A stretch of DNA of 64,000 nt from a virus. Positions 28,738 to 37,108 of the stretch are shown here, in pieces. Position numbers and translations under genes: made by a program. The DNA is taken from IMG/VR virus record IMGVR_UViG_3300005827_000042, positions 1 through 64,000 of that record. One strand, given 5' to 3'. Every line of letters begins with the position of its first letter. The first letter of the stretch is position 1. The notes beneath the pieces are model-generated. The model had not been told where the DNA came from. It did not search any database and saw nothing but the letters and a program-made list of their open reading frames with translations.

Positions 28738-29523
28738 TTACCTCATTATCCAATCAGTCCACACCAATCTACCACGATTATTGGACAAGAATATTTGTCG
28801 ATTGCGGTCTAACATCGGGGGTTGCTTTTTATGGGAGAACGTGGCCCCCACAAAATGGTATGCAATAGCATTACAGTCTACCCATATTTTATATCCTAGA
28901 CCAGTGATTTGCAATGCTAGCTCCACGTCCTCATAGTATCCAGCACCGTAGGCAGTGTTGAATCCACGCACCCGCTCGAACAAAGCACGTCGCACCATGA
29001 ACACAGCACCGGTAACTGAGAATACTTCCCTTGAAATGCAGCAACGTGGGTTGTTTGCTGACCAACCGATAAGTGGGTGAATTATGTTACCGTCCAAGTC
29101 CACAGCATGTCCAATATGCTGAACCTTACCTGCCGGACCACTAGTAGAGCCATCAGCAAAAAGCAACTTCAGCCCACACATCCCTATCTTCTTATCCTGC
29201 ATAGTAGATACGAGAGATTCTATAGCCCCATCTGTAAGAACTATGTCATCCGAAACAAAGAGAACCAGCGGTGACTTGCCCATACGAATGGCGGCATTAG
29301 CCCCGCCAGGAAATCCTGTGTTGTTACTCGATCTGCGGTGCCGCGTTATTATGGGGCGGCGGAATAAGTCAGCCGCAGCTTGACGATCATCGGATGGGCT
29401 ACCGTTATCAAAGACATACACATTACACGGTGTATTCTTTGTGACCTGTTCAACCGAATCCAAACACTTCTCCAGAAGGTCAAACCTACCAGCGGTGAGA
29501 ATGCAAATATCTATCTTATCCAT
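28738..29523 (-). CDS. family 2 (GT-A) glycosyltransferase
   Basis: ICILTAGRFDLLEKCLDSV..VYVFDNGSPSDD N-terminal GT2 signature. DDIV (DxD-like). 8-nt overlap with the upstream GT. Confidence 0.85.
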   Translation of the reverse strand: MDKIDICILTAGRFDLLEKCLDSVEQVTKNTPCNVYVFDNGSPSDDRQAAADLFRRPIITRHRRSSNNTGFPGGANAAIRMGKSPLVLFVSDDIVLTDGAIESLVSTMQDKKIGMCGLKLLFADGSTSGPAGKVQHIGHAVDLDGNIIHPLIGWSANNPRCCISREVFSVTGAVFMVRRALFERVRGFNTAYGAGYYEDVELALQITGLGYKIWVDCNAIAYHFVGATFSHKKQPPMLDRNRQIFLSNNRGRLVWTDWIMR

Positions 29524-30631
29524 GTGACAACTCCATCAGAGCATTATTGAACTGTTCGATACACACGCCCCAGTTCCTCGATGCGATGTACTCTCTGGTA
29601 TCATACGCAAGAGCACCAAACAACGCTTCTTCCAGTAAGGCTGCACCTTCTGACACCGAAATAAAGTCGCGCTTAGAATTACCCCAAACATCTATGTAGG
29701 AGTATTCCGGATTGACCAGCCACCCACGATTAGTGAGAAGTTCAGTAATGGCCCCAGTCTTTGTACCGACGCAAGGTACACCAACTGCCATTGCCTCAAG
29801 GAGTGGAATGCCCAGTCCTTCAGCCTTGCTCGGAAGTAGAAAGGCATCAGCGGCCACATAAAGATCCCGCAACTCTTCTGTACTCAGCCCACGCCCGAAC
29901 TCGATGTACTGATCCTGAATGCCCATCATCTTGGCAAGTTCCTGTAACTTCCATCCAGGCGGATTATTGGGACGAGTAACTACTACGTACTTGAAGCAGG
30001 TATCTGGATTATCTCTACACAGCTTAGCAACAATAGCCATACCTGCCCACAGATTCTTCCTCTCCTGGTTATCTGCAACGGTGAGCACTATCTTATCCGT
30101 TGAGGCGAATCCAAGACGTTTACGCTTCTCATCATGTTCTTTCTTATCTGTGCGTCGCCAAACGTTGGTGTCAATCCCAACCTGCAAGTGGCCCACGTTG
30201 GTCAGCCCAACCTTACGCGCCTCCTGTTCTCCCAATTCTGAGATGAAGAACACCTTATCATACTCAGCCAGAATCATAGCCCATGACATCATCAAGGGTC
30301 CATTTTCCATCGGGGTGATGGCAATGTATTTAGCGACTGGTTTTTTCATTGTGCCAAATATGCGATCCAGATTAGGAATATCCATAGCACACACAATGAA
30401 ATCTGGTTTCCACAGAATGCCGAGATTGTTAATTGCCGCTTGAGCATATGAAGCGTTTTCAACTGGAAGGATGGGGAACTTTTCCCAGTGCTCCTCTCCA
30501 CGATTGGAAAATGCTATCATGAATACTTCATGCCCAAGATCAACCAGCCCGTTGCACAGGGGCTTACAGATGGTAGCATAGCCAGACACGGCCCCAGCCG
30601 GATAGTCAGTAATTACCAAAATTCTACTCAT
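29516..30631 (-). CDS. GT4-type (GT-B) glycosyltransferase
   Basis: 371 aa. C-terminal PSKAEGLGIPLLEAMAVGVPCVGTKTGAITELL (EX7E motif). Confidence 0.85.
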   Translation of the reverse strand: MSRILVITDYPAGAVSGYATICKPLCNGLVDLGHEVFMIAFSNRGEEHWEKFPILPVENASYAQAAINNLGILWKPDFIVCAMDIPNLDRIFGTMKKPVAKYIAITPMENGPLMMSWAMILAEYDKVFFISELGEQEARKVGLTNVGHLQVGIDTNVWRRTDKKEHDEKRKRLGFASTDKIVLTVADNQERKNLWAGMAIVAKLCRDNPDTCFKYVVVTRPNNPPGWKLQELAKMMGIQDQYIEFGRGLSTEELRDLYVAADAFLLPSKAEGLGIPLLEAMAVGVPCVGTKTGAITELLTNRGWLVNPEYSYIDVWGNSKRDFISVSEGAALLEEALFGALAYDTREYIASRNWGVCIEQFNNALMELSHG

Positions 30632-31658
30632 GAATTACCTCGTCCCATTTCTGAATAGCTTTCCGAATACTGAATCGTTCTTTAGCCTGTTCCTGTACTG
30701 CACTTCCACATCCAAGACAGGTTTCCTGATTCTTCAAACAGTGGATTGTCTTGTCCACAAATTCTCGTATTTCTTTATCTCCAATAGGAAAACCAATCTT
30801 CGTTCCGAGGTTGGTCGTAGCAAGTGCCCCACAGGTTGACGTGATTGGATAAGCTCCCGCGTAACAACACTCAGCAGTAGAAATACAGAATAATTCCTCA
30901 TAAGTACATGGGTACAACTGAATGGCACTTTGAATCTGTAACTCTATCAGTTTAGGGCGTGGAACCAGAGCATGATAAGTCACATTCGGAAACGACGTGA
31001 ATTTTATCTTGTGTTTGAGACTAATATTTGCACTAAGTCCAGCATCCCACAGTCGATAGTCAGAAGTGATGTGCAACTTCGCTTCCGGAACTTCTTCAGT
31101 TACTGGACCCCAAATACGGGCAAGCTCATTGATCCCACGGTCAGGGACAGAACAGAACAACACCTGCATTGGGTCTTTCTCCACACTCACCCCAGCGTAA
31201 TCCCACTCGCGCACGGGAATGTCGATTACAACACTGTTTTCTATGTTGTACCGAGTGCGGAAATATTCCTGGTGAAATGGAGAAATTGTAACTACCTTAT
31301 CGACCCTACGAGCGAGTTCATAGAAGTTACCAACGGTAAATTGGTCACATGACCAAAAAATCTTTCTACCACACTTGGCAGCAACAGTGCGCGGATTCTC
31401 AGCCCTGAAAATAATCAACACATCACGCCACTCTTCTGGGTCAAATTCAGTTAGGTTCTTTTGTTCAAAACAACTTGCCCCACGCTCACGCGGGTTGTTA
31501 TAAAGAGTGACATCATGTCCAGCTTCTTTCCATGCACGACACATAGTCAGTAAGTACAACTCACTGCCACCAACCCCAAGCTGTACCCCATCTCCGTAAA
31601 TAGACTTCTCTGTAACCCCAAGCGGGCTTCCGTGATGTGCGACTATGTGCAGCTTCAT
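30624..31658 (-). CDS. GT-B fold glycosyltransferase
   Basis: N-terminal GVGGSELYLLTMCRAWKEAGHDVTLY. C-terminal YPCTYEELFCISTAECCYAGAYPITS (EX7E-like). Confidence 0.7.
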   Translation of the reverse strand: MKLHIVAHHGSPLGVTEKSIYGDGVQLGVGGSELYLLTMCRAWKEAGHDVTLYNNPRERGASCFEQKNLTEFDPEEWRDVLIIFRAENPRTVAAKCGRKIFWSCDQFTVGNFYELARRVDKVVTISPFHQEYFRTRYNIENSVVIDIPVREWDYAGVSVEKDPMQVLFCSVPDRGINELARIWGPVTEEVPEAKLHITSDYRLWDAGLSANISLKHKIKFTSFPNVTYHALVPRPKLIELQIQSAIQLYPCTYEELFCISTAECCYAGAYPITSTCGALATTNLGTKIGFPIGDKEIREFVDKTIHCLKNQETCLGCGSAVQEQAKERFSIRKAIQKWDEVIHE

Positions 31659-32968
31659 TTCTTCCTCTTGTATTCTGCAATGAAATCTGAAAAAACCGAA
31701 ACGGTGTAATCAATCATTTCATCAGTAATATTCTGATGACACCCAATCCAGAAAGTATCTGTGGTTACAACATCCGCGTTATACAGATGGGTAGCTTTAC
31801 GATGCGGGGTAGTTCGGAAGGCCGGTTGGCGTAAAAGATTCCCACCAAACAGCATTCGAGTACCTATCTTATGGTCCTCAAGGTATCGGACTAACGTATT
31901 CCGATCAAACGGCAGGGCCTTCTTCAGCGTGAGCGCAAATCCGAACCAGGACGGCTCTGACTTCTTTGTAGCCAGCGGTAGGACAAAGTAGTCCTCAAAC
32001 TGGCACAATCCTTCAAGCAGCCTTGCGTGATTATGTTTACGCCGAGCAACGAAATCAGGAAGGCGACTCAACTGACTAATACCAAGCGCTGCCTGTAGGT
32101 CAGTGATTTTCATGTTATACCCAAGGCGGGAATAGGTATACTTGTGGTCGTACCCTGCTGGCAAGCCAGCTATAGCCGACTGAGAGAATCTGCGGCCACA
32201 AGTATTATCCTTTCCAGTATCACACCAGCAAGCCCTACCCCAGCCACGAAGACTCTCCACAACCTTCGCAATCATCGGTGAGTCTGTGATAACTGCCCCA
32301 CCCTCCCCCATCGTGATCTGGTGGGCCGGATAAAATGACAGGGTGGACATGTCCTCATAGAATGCAGGGGACGACCCATCAAACAAAGATCCAAGAGCGT
32401 CGCAGGAATCTCCGATCAGGAACAGGTTGTTGTCGTCCGCCACCTTCTTCATACCATCTACGTCATATGGGTTGCCTAGAGTGTGAGGGATGAAAATGGC
32501 CTTTGTCTTGTCAGAAACCGCCGCGTCTACACTATCAGGCGAGACATTGTATGTGGGGAAATCCACGTCACAGAGTACGGGGATAAGCCCGTTTTGTATG
32601 ATTCCAGACAAAGTAGTAGGGAATCCAACTGCGGCTGTGATAACCTCATCTCCAGGCTTGAGCGCCCGACTACCAAATTCCGGCTGACATACGGCCGAAA
32701 TAGCCAGCAGATTAGCAGAGCTACCAGAATTGGCAGGAATAGCAAACCGAGCATTAGGAGTAAACGCCCTACGTAGGTCTTGAGAAAATGCGTTCGCATA
32801 TTTACCTTCCGTGAACCACCCATCTAATGCCGCACCAACTACAGATAAAATGTCATCCTCTGTAATTTCTGCACCGGAGACGGGGATATAGTTTTCACCG
32901 GCCACAAACTCCGGTTTCTTTGGCATACCTGAATTTATTCTGTCAAGTATCTCTGCTTTAGTTATCAT
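31655..32968 (-). CDS. PLP/PMP-dependent sugar 3-dehydrase, E1/RfbH/AscC-like (DegT/DnrJ/EryC1 fold)
   Basis: 437 aa. SFYPAHQITMGEGG has His216 where aminotransferases carry the PLP Lys. Cys189, 247, 249 and 257 give C-X57-C-X1-C-X7-C. Also RALKPGDEVIT, GYDHKYTYSRLGYN and PSWFGF blocks. Confidence 0.8.
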   Translation of the reverse strand: MITKAEILDRINSGMPKKPEFVAGENYIPVSGAEITEDDILSVVGAALDGWFTEGKYANAFSQDLRRAFTPNARFAIPANSGSSANLLAISAVCQPEFGSRALKPGDEVITAAVGFPTTLSGIIQNGLIPVLCDVDFPTYNVSPDSVDAAVSDKTKAIFIPHTLGNPYDVDGMKKVADDNNLFLIGDSCDALGSLFDGSSPAFYEDMSTLSFYPAHQITMGEGGAVITDSPMIAKVVESLRGWGRACWCDTGKDNTCGRRFSQSAIAGLPAGYDHKYTYSRLGYNMKITDLQAALGISQLSRLPDFVARRKHNHARLLEGLCQFEDYFVLPLATKKSEPSWFGFALTLKKALPFDRNTLVRYLEDHKIGTRMLFGGNLLRQPAFRTTPHRKATHLYNADVVTTDTFWIGCHQNITDEMIDYTVSVFSDFIAEYKRKK

Positions 32969-33815
32969 TTAAGAACTTCTCCAATGCCTCATGGTAGTTG
33001 TAGTTGGGTGGGATGCTAGGGGCAAGGCAGGAGTTCAGTGGGCGGTTTGCAATACCTCTAACGTTGTTTACCGTCTTGGTAGGAATAATACTATCTCCAC
33101 ATAATCCAAACTTCTCCGCAATATCCATAGCAAATTGATATTTAGACACACACTCACTGCCGGATAGGTGGATTACACCACGAAGTCCAGCATCCATAAT
33201 ATGAACGGACGAAATTGCCAGATCGTCAGAATAAATCGGACTTACAAGCTGATCCTGCGGGGACTCAATACGCTTCCCAAGGGCAAGCTTGTCAATAATC
33301 TGATACGCATAGTTCTTTCTGGCCCATTCCCTTCCAAACACTGCCACTGTACGAATTACAGTACCACCGGCAGTAAGAACCTCACGTTCAGCGTTCATCT
33401 TCTGGATACCGTAGGTGTTTACAGGCATCGGACGATCGTATATGGTATATGGAGTAGATGAGCTACCGTCAAATACATAAGACGTAGAGTAGAAGATCAC
33501 ATTGGAATGTAGGCCCTGGGCAAGGCGAACTATGACCTTCACTGCTTCCACGTTAGTGCGATACGATTCAGAATTTATCTCACAATCATTCACGTGAGCG
33601 TTACCGCCAGCCAGGAACACAACATTGGGGCGCACTCGATTCATCACATCGACTATGGACTTGATACTATTCAAATCCATATACTCATACTCCCTACCCA
33701 TTGCTTGTGAGTAATATGTACCAACAGCATTGATACCTATGTGGGAGTTGAGTTGGTTTAGGATCGCTGAACCAACCAACCCAGATGCACCAACTACAAG
33801 CACACGTTTATCCAT
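32958..33815 (-). CDS. RmlD-like NAD(P)H-dependent 4-ketoreductase (extended SDR)
   Basis: Start moved to ATG 33815 (ATGGATAA overlap with the upstream stop). VLVVGASGLVGSA Rossmann motif, STSYVFDG, YGIQKMNAE (YxxxK). Confidence 0.75.
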   Translation of the reverse strand: MDKRVLVVGASGLVGSAILNQLNSHIGINAVGTYYSQAMGREYEYMDLNSIKSIVDVMNRVRPNVVFLAGGNAHVNDCEINSESYRTNVEAVKVIVRLAQGLHSNVIFYSTSYVFDGSSSTPYTIYDRPMPVNTYGIQKMNAEREVLTAGGTVIRTVAVFGREWARKNYAYQIIDKLALGKRIESPQDQLVSPIYSDDLAISSVHIMDAGLRGVIHLSGSECVSKYQFAMDIAEKFGLCGDSIIPTKTVNNVRGIANRPLNSCLAPSIPPNYNYHEALEKFLNDN

Positions 33816-34236
33816 GCTGAATCTCCCAATCATATGGTACAGAATTGTAGGGTATGCGGTATATCTGTCCATAAGGCTCACTAGCCTGAACCAGTATCAT
33901 CGATTCCATGGACAATCCCTTGAATCCTGCATACACCCCAGGTGGGATATGAACACTCAACATATTCTTATCGCTAAGGTAGATTTCTTCTATAGTACCT
34001 GAGGTCTTACCAGGACGCGCATCCCATAGAACCAATTTCACCTTACCAGACACACAGGTGAAATGTATCTCCTTCGTCTCATACCCATGCCACGCTTTGA
34101 TAGCGCCGTAGGCTACCGTAGTCATGTACACGTCTTTTACATCAAAGATCGGGGTGGCGACCTTCAATACACACCCACGCTCATCGGGTATAACAGTGCA
34201 CAAACTAACAATTACTCCAGATATGTCAACGGTCAT
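33808..34236 (-). CDS. RmlC-like cupin sugar epimerase/isomerase
   Basis: Start at ATG 34236 (GAGGA RBS). DERG.., AWHGYETKEIHFTCVSGKVKLVLWDARPG.., HIPPGVYAGF match the RmlC-type pattern. Confidence 0.65.
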   Translation of the reverse strand: MTVDISGVIVSLCTVIPDERGCVLKVATPIFDVKDVYMTTVAYGAIKAWHGYETKEIHFTCVSGKVKLVLWDARPGKTSGTIEEIYLSDKNMLSVHIPPGVYAGFKGLSMESMILVQASEPYGQIYRIPYNSVPYDWEIQHG

Positions 34237-34414
34237 TTTTATCCTCATCCACAAACTCAACTATATGTATTGCTGTGTGGTGTGTGCTCTTCTCGCAGTA
34301 ATTGATTCTCTGGTACTCACAGCCACAATATGGACAAGTAGTATTCTGTGGCATCTCTCTATAGATAAGCCCACACTTGTCGCACACATAGGCAGTGGCA
34401 GTGAATGGGGCCAC
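34226..34414 (-). CDS. small Cys-rich protein with rubredoxin-like knuckles
   Basis: 62 aa. CDKCGLIY..(x12)..CPYCGC, 6 Cys in total. Coupled to the flanking genes. Confidence 0.5.
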   Translation of the reverse strand: MAPFTATAYVCDKCGLIYREMPQNTTCPYCGCEYQRINYCEKSTHHTAIHIVEFVDEDKNDR

Positions 34415-34753
34415 CTAACTACTCCCGTCCAGGTGTTGGTTATACCCAGCGTGGTGTAAGCATACAAGCAGTGCCCCCATATTTGCTGAAGAGTCCTTGG
34501 CATAGGCATCATAATTCACTACGCCAGCCGGAGAGCCGCAGGTACACCACAGAGTCCAACCACGACTATTGAACACGTGCTTGAACATAAAGTGGTTATC
34601 GTATGGGGCACAGTTCACCAATCCGATTTCCATGTTGACAAATATATTTTTACTGCGGTTTACTCTAGTACCATCTTCCTCAAGCAGGACGGTATTCAAG
34701 TCACCGTGATGGCGAACTACCTTAATCTGTTTGTTACCAAAAATATTATCCAT
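34415..34753 (-). CDS. hypothetical Cys/His-rich protein
   Basis: 112 aa. WCTCGS (C70, C72) ... VCLHHAGY (C98, H100/101). Arrangement is only loosely Rieske-like. Confidence 0.5.
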   Translation of the reverse strand: MDNIFGNKQIKVVRHHGDLNTVLLEEDGTRVNRSKNIFVNMEIGLVNCAPYDNHFMFKHVFNSRGWTLWCTCGSPAGVVNYDAYAKDSSANMGALLVCLHHAGYNQHLDGSS

Positions 34754-35771
34754 TCATTCCTACCATCTTGAGCAAATCACACACACGCTGATCGTATGAA
34801 TGTACAGGGTACCCATCACTGCTAATTTCCCACACACCATCTTTTGCCTGACGACCAATACTGGCAATTGCCTGAGGGGTCTTGAGAAGCATCTCTACCT
34901 TGTACACAGCGTCTTCCACAGTATCAAACCCAACATAATCCACACCATCAGTGAAGAACAGTCCCATATCTGGAACATTGTTCACTACCGGGCACATACC
35001 CATTGCCATCAGTTCAAACACACGAGCATTCAAATCAAGCTCAGACGAGTAATTGATACCAATGGATGCCTGATTTTGCAGTGTGCGGTACTCATCAAAC
35101 ACAGGACCGTTTTCGTAGATGACAGAGATTCCCTTGGCACGAAGAGCCTGAACCAGCTTGGTACGGTGTGGGTATGCCATCCCAATACATGCGCAATCAC
35201 TGGTTTTTTCTTCTTGCACTGGGTAGTGTACAGTCGGATCGAACGCATAGGGCAGGAAATAGTCCCCAGGCATCTTGTAGTGGTTGTGCATATTAATGAA
35301 CATATCTGAAATTGACCGAGCGTGTTGGTAGTGCTGATTCAGACAGTGGGCATCGGTACCGATGGTAATTACCGGGCAGCTAACCCCAGGACGGGAAACC
35401 CAGTTACACATGGCATCTACAGCAATAACTAAATCTGGCTTCCAATCCCCCAACTGGAAAGCCACAGATGCAAACGGCACCAACTTATTGCAAGCCTCAA
35501 AACCCCCAGTAACGATATCCGGAGATACCGCATACTTGCTCAGAAGATTCATTCCACCACCCCACGGAATAAATGTACCAGTATAGGGGCCGGCCGTCTT
35601 CAAATCAATGTCATCACGTCGAAGGAACGCCCTACGCCAATAGGACGCCATCGACAGCGGGTACCACATCGAAAGAAGTAAAACTCGCTTCTTACTCTTT
35701 GATCCCCCACTTTTCAGCGAAGAGTTGCTTGTTTCTGTGAGTACGTTCGAGCCGTTCTGCTGTGTATCCAT
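34746..35771 (-). CDS. CgeB-like (Glyco_trans_1_2-type) GT-B glycosyltransferase
   Basis: Start set to ATG 35771 (GGAGG RBS, 5-nt spacer). C-terminal NARVFELMAMGMCPVVNNVPDMGLFFTDGVDYVGF pattern. Confidence 0.6.
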   Translation of the reverse strand: MDTQQNGSNVLTETSNSSLKSGGSKSKKRVLLLSMWYPLSMASYWRRAFLRRDDIDLKTAGPYTGTFIPWGGGMNLLSKYAVSPDIVTGGFEACNKLVPFASVAFQLGDWKPDLVIAVDAMCNWVSRPGVSCPVITIGTDAHCLNQHYQHARSISDMFINMHNHYKMPGDYFLPYAFDPTVHYPVQEEKTSDCACIGMAYPHRTKLVQALRAKGISVIYENGPVFDEYRTLQNQASIGINYSSELDLNARVFELMAMGMCPVVNNVPDMGLFFTDGVDYVGFDTVEDAVYKVEMLLKTPQAIASIGRQAKDGVWEISSDGYPVHSYDQRVCDLLKMVGMNG

Positions 35772-36372
35772 ATGTTCCTCCACCTACGTGTGCAATTGTA
35801 TTTTCAGGTAATACAGATAGCCGGTATCCCTTCTTCAGGGCGGTTGTGCTTATATCCACATCTTCAAAATCAGACGGGCTGTATCTGGTATCAAACCCAC
35901 CGGATTCTTCCCAAAACTTATTCGTTGCAATCAAAATATGACCATTCATATATGGAAATATTGTGTTACCAAACCGGTTCCATCCCACATCATGAGAGTG
36001 GCACTGTGCACCAAGCAAGATATATTCATCTTCTTCAAATCTACCTACAACCAAATCTACAAATTTCGGGTTCAGAATTCTAATGTCATTTGTGAGTAGG
36101 GCCACAACATCTCCAGTACACTGAGAGATGGCAAAATTCATTCCACCAATAAACCCAGAATTTTCCTTTGTCTTTACAACTCTAACGGGTAAGGATTTGT
36201 CCGCCACAAATAAAGCAAGGCCACGAGAAACTTGAGGGTCGGTGCTGCAATTATCTACTAAAACAATTTCATGGACGTGAGAACAGTAAGCACTCACGTC
36301 CATGAGAAGTTTACTGGTGTATGACCAGCCATTGTAAACCAGTATCGCTATGGAAATCTTTGGGCTATTCAT
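35692..36372 (-). CDS. family 2 (GT-A) glycosyltransferase
   Basis: Start set to ATG 36372 (MNSPKISIAILVYNGW..). VLVDNCSTD and ENSGFIGGMN motifs. Confidence 0.8.
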   Translation of the reverse strand: MNSPKISIAILVYNGWSYTSKLLMDVSAYCSHVHEIVLVDNCSTDPQVSRGLALFVADKSLPVRVVKTKENSGFIGGMNFAISQCTGDVVALLTNDIRILNPKFVDLVVGRFEEDEYILLGAQCHSHDVGWNRFGNTIFPYMNGHILIATNKFWEESGGFDTRYSPSDFEDVDISTTALKKGYRLSVLPENTIAHVGGGTYGYTAERLERTHRNKQLFAEKWGIKE

Positions 36373-36383
36373 ACACCGTGTAA
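36371..36383. promoter_or_regulatory. 12/13 copy of the palindrome TTACAC[C/G]GTGTAA abutting the GT2 start codon
   Basis: Plus strand ATACACCGTGTAA. Lies between the stop at 36386 and the ATG at 36372. Confidence 0.5.
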
Positions 36384-36385
36384 TC

Positions 36386-36751
36386 CTACTTTGTAACCGG
36401 CTGTGCAGGGGTGACTGGGGTGGGAAGGTTCTTACCAGCGTTGAGCACGTCCTTGATGTAGGCATCCACAATCTCAGTCAGTTTATCCACATCATAGGAC
36501 AGGCCAAGGCGTTCACACTCGTGAAGCATTACCCCAAGAACGAAGGCAAGCTTCTCTTTGCCGCGCCCACTGCCGAGGTAGAGCGTTTCAGCGACTAGGC
36601 AAACTGAATGCACAATAGAAACCAAATACCCTTCCTTGTCTTTCGGAAGTGAGCCGGTACTGGTCAGCTTGTAGATCGCATACATAATACTGGAGCCAAC
36701 AAGAACTCCGATACCGAACACCGTAAAAATCTGACTATTGAGTTCCAACAC
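36386..36751 (-). CDS. membrane-anchored hypothetical protein
   Basis: 121 aa. GTG start with GGAG RBS. N-terminal TM helix IFTVFGIGVLVGSSIMYAIY. Confidence 0.5.
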   Translation of the reverse strand: MLELNSQIFTVFGIGVLVGSSIMYAIYKLTSTGSLPKDKEGYLVSIVHSVCLVAETLYLGSGRGKEKLAFVLGVMLHECERLGLSYDVDKLTEIVDAYIKDVLNAGKNLPTPVTPAQPVTK

Positions 36752-36752
36752 G

Positions 36753-36989
36753 CTAATCTCCTTTTGGGTGCTGTGACCCTGTTTCGTAAATAAGAATATC
36801 CAGTTCAGACGCCAGTCGATACTTCAATCTGGTTTGACCGCAGCAGATGTTGGCACGTAAGGCAAGAATTACAGGCAAGGAACTTTCTTCCACCCACCCA
36901 AGAGACACGTTATGCTTAGGGGACGTGTACTCACTGGGATTACTGTTCCAATGCCTGATAGCCACTAAACCAACACTATTTTTTACCAT
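36753..36989 (-). CDS. hypothetical protein
   Basis: 78 aa. AGGAG RBS. First gene after the capsid terminator. Confidence 0.5.
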   Translation of the reverse strand: MVKNSVGLVAIRHWNSNPSEYTSPKHNVSLGWVEESSLPVILALRANICCGQTRLKYRLASELDILIYETGSQHPKGD

Positions 36990-37050
36990 TATGTCACTCT
37001 CCTAACACGAGTAATATACTACAACCTTCCCAATCATAACATTAATGTAT

Positions 37051-37091
37051 GATTAAAATAAATAGCCCCGTAAGTATCTACGAGGCTATTT
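37051..37091 (-). terminator. rho-independent terminator after the major capsid gene
   Basis: AAATAGCC..CGTA-loop-TACG..GGCTATTT hairpin (37060-37091), followed on the - strand by ATTTTAAT. Confidence 0.65.
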
Positions 37092-37108
37092 ATTGGGCTT
37101 GTCAAGTT

